Assembly (NCBI GenBank): GCA_965263355.1 | Contig: CBDHHL010000032.1 | Span: forward strand, 2,720,001-2,784,000 | Source: Leptolyngbyaceae cyanobacterium | Lineage (GTDB): Bacteria > Cyanobacteriota > Cyanobacteriia > Phormidesmidales > Phormidesmidaceae | Length of the DNA stretch: 64,000 bases | Reading direction: 5' to 3' | Shown here: positions 62,401 to 64,000 of the stretch, piece by piece | Layout of the letters: each line of letters begins with the position of its first letter | How positions within the stretch are numbered: the first letter of the stretch is position 1 | The notes under the pieces: model-generated | The model's input: only the letters and a program-made list of their open reading frames with translations | The model's database searches: none | What the model was told of the DNA's origin: nothing | Translations under genes and position numbers: made by a program

Positions 62401-64000
62401 GGACGACGTTGCAGCGTTACCTCACTCCAAAGAGGTTGCTCAGTGGCCCCGGTGCGATAGTAACTAAAAGACTCTATACCAATTGGCACATAGGCTATCG
62501 AAAGTGATTCTTGCGGCAGTGCGGCCAAGACACATTGAAAACAAGCATCCAACACTGCAGGATGCAAATGATAGGTAGACTGATCTATTGTGCTCGGATC
62601 AGCCAGGTGAATCTGCCCTACGGCCCTACCATCGGTGCGCCAAAGGGCCTGAATACTACAAAAGAGCCCCCCATAGTTCAGACCTAATTGCTCACAAATT
62701 GCATAATGCTCGGCGGGCGATTGGACTTTATCTAGGCCCTGCTTTAATGAATGGATGGCTATGGGATCTTCTAGAGCTGATGTCGCTGGAGTGATTGTTC
62801 CTTCACAGTGCAATACCCAGTGGGATGCTTCAGATTCTGTTGACGCTGTCGACAGGGGCTGACTATACACTGCGAAGTGATAGGACTGAGGGTTTGTTCC
62901 TTGAGATACAGGGTTAAGAATCGTTTGGAGAGTTAAGGGTTCCTCTGATAAGACACACGCTTGAGGAATTGCTACTGAACTAAGCTGCAATGACGATGTT
63001 TTCAAAGCTTGGGAACCAGCGGCTAAACCCAGTTCTAAATAAGCAGCACCGGGCAAGATTACCTGGCTATGAACCTGATGGTCTTGCAAAAAAGCAGGCT
63101 GATTAACCGTTAGCGTTTGCTGAAAGAGTGTCTGTTTAAGTGGTGTGGAAATGAGTTGCCCCAGGAGAGGATGGCTTTCGGTTGGCTTGAGGTGATTGGG
63201 GGGTAGATTGTTGTGATGTGATACAGGCGAACGTTTCGATGGCCCATGGTCCATCCAGTGACGCTGACGTTGAAATGGGTAGGTAGGCAACGGTATCCGA
63301 CGGCCACAGCTATGTTGATAAAACTGTTGCCAGTCAATGGTGTGCCCCTGTCTATAGAGGGTGGCCAAACTGGATAACAGTTGCCAGCGATCAGAGTGTT
63401 TAGGATGTAGGCTAGGTAGCCATTGATGGGCCTGGTCCGTTAACACTGTCTGCCCTAACGTCAATAAGACAGGGCGGGGACCACATTCTAGAAATGTATC
63501 GTATCCCTGGTTTTGCAAAGTATTGAACCCGTCGGCAAATCGTACAGGCTGACGCACATGATTGACCCAATAATCAGGGGTGGTAATATCCTCGACCTGG
63601 GCAATTTCTCCCGTCAGATTAGACACGATATCGATGATGGGTGCTTGATAGGAAATTGACTCGGCCACTTTACGAAAGTCTGCCAGAATTGTCTCCATCA
63701 GCGGTGAATGGAAGCCATGGGAGACTTTTAACGACTTATATTGAACTCCTTGTTGTTCGAGCGTTTTGATAATAGTTTGTAATGTTTTTACTGGACCAGA
63801 GAGAACTGTATTTTGGGGCGTGTTGATGGCTGCGATCGCAACCCCCTCATGGGGTTTCAAGAGAGTTTTGCACTCTGCCATACTCGCCATTACCGAGACC
63901 ATCGCTCCATTGGCAGGTAACTCCTGCATCAGCCGACCGCGTTCAGCCACAAGCGTTAGCCCATCCTCCAGGCTAAACACATCGGCTATGCATGCGGCGA
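59403..64000 (-). CDS. Type I PKS module (AT-DH-ER-KR-ACP), 5' end outside the window
   Basis: 'HGFHS' AT, 'HQVHSQVILPG' DH, 'LIHSAAGGVG' ER, 'TGGLGALG' KR, 'GLDSL' ACP. Confidence 0.93.
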   Translation of the reverse strand, partial: AACIADVFSLEDGLTLVAERGRLMQELPANGAMVSVMASMAECKTLLKPHEGVAIAAINTPQNTVLSGPVKTLQTIIKTLEQQGVQYKSLKVSHGFHSPLMETILADFRKVAESISYQAPIIDIVSNLTGEIAQVEDITTPDYWVNHVRQPVRFADGFNTLQNQGYDTFLECGPRPVLLTLGQTVLTDQAHQWLPSLHPKHSDRWQLLSSLATLYRQGHTIDWQQFYQHSCGRRIPLPTYPFQRQRHWMDHGPSKRSPVSHHNNLPPNHLKPTESHPLLGQLISTPLKQTLFQQTLTVNQPAFLQDHQVHSQVILPGAAYLELGLAAGSQALKTSSLQLSSVAIPQACVLSEEPLTLQTILNPVSQGTNPQSYHFAVYSQPLSTASTESEASHWVLHCEGTITPATSALEDPIAIHSLKQGLDKVQSPAEHYAICEQLGLNYGGLFCSIQALWRTDGRAVGQIHLADPSTIDQSTYHLHPAVLDACFQCVLAALPQESLSIAYVPIGIESFSYYRTGATEQPLWSEVTLQRRPDRENTVAIADVRIFDSTGQLIALVSGLAAKRYTPPTESWRNWLYQPTWQPLPPVQETSSLSSSGAWLIVGHDGASLDAIADRLTTQHQICVKTLRSEAQALTQLLDTPPEPSGWQGVIYAASPLVSVPGTCHKLPADRASLKDTIQKTCQRALHLAQALANSPVTHTRPPNLWIVTCATQSVLDCESLDIAQAPLWSMAKTIALEHPEWGCVCVDLDGDSQTRLDDLIAELTLQQRLSQKKVQTGQTSESHIAYRQGVRYGAHLVKERLGDNLTLTIQNRGSLEQLQWQTIHRQQPQAGEVEIQIQATGLNFRDVLNALNMYPGDAGALGLECVGEIVAVGEGVTTLQLGDGVIAIAPASFSQFVTVSANLVSLKPDHLSAVEAATIPTAFLTAYYALCQMGQLQQSDTVQRVLIHSAAGGVGQAAVQIAQHLGAEIFATASPGKWGFLRRQGIQHIFNSRTLAFADEILQQTQGEGVNLVLNSLSGDMIPSSLAVLTAGGRFLEIGKAGIWSLEQMSQQRPDVDYQIIDLVDITVKQPQLIQTMLQTLTDWLQQKVLHSLPVKAFDPQKAIDAFRFMQQAKHIGKVVVTAPGSKQVSGIRPDATYLMTGGLGALGLQVVQELANQGAQHLTLLGRHSPSDEAQQVITALSKAGVKVNTIPVDVADLSSLTIALQSMLQPSADVPLKGVFHLAGCIQDATLQQQTWADFERVMAAKVDGTWHLHELTHELALDHFVMFSSAASLVGSAGQANYAAANGFLDAIAQFRHQLNLPAISINWGAWSGSGLAVNATVQQKLNRSGIPMIAPDVGLKVLRQIITSPNAQNTPQIAVLPGTLKQWTGIDPDVVTASSISPSSISIQRQIQAAAANERLILLSRYLRAQVSIILGLDSNSLQDVSASFTELGLDSLTAVELRNRLQTGLNCPLPVTLIYDYPTLGKLQDYLMQMLVYDKDSAENERTRELTDSSQSMDSLPQDWEAISEAEAEALLLEKLEQLEG

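Overview
Cyanobacterial DNA (frequent HIP1 octamer GCGATCGC), with an accessory island in the middle of the window. From about 17.7 to 50.7 kb there is an integron-like array with no integrase in the window. It has an attI-like site (17789-17807) and five attC-type sites (two split by IS insertions, one intact, two with GCTAG cores). Between these sites lie a methyltransferase cassette, an 8 kb NRPS, type I R-M genes, a SET/formyltransferase pair, a sensor module, pterin genes and VapBC. The main observation is two diverged IS110 elements, each inserted at the same base of an attC (TAAC^A). Their 5' non-coding ends fold into one donor-matching loop plus TWO tandem target-matching loops. All target loops share a constant attC R'' guide (CUAACAU) but differ in the guide matching the attC L'' box, which suggests a multi-guide bridge RNA specialised on attC variants. 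The predicted circle junction creates TTGACC-N17-TATTAT. An ORF-less group II intron (tandem pair) with a candidate EBS1 complementary to the TTAGGC core sits in the attI-like site. The flanks carry a LamG/Ig-repeat protein, GT39, a BNR-HTTM-like fusion, an RND pump, a Zur-box thrS paralog operon and the end of a PKS cluster. Several short garbled duplications suggest local assembly or consensus errors. All calls come from reading the sequence; no database searches or folding programs were run.
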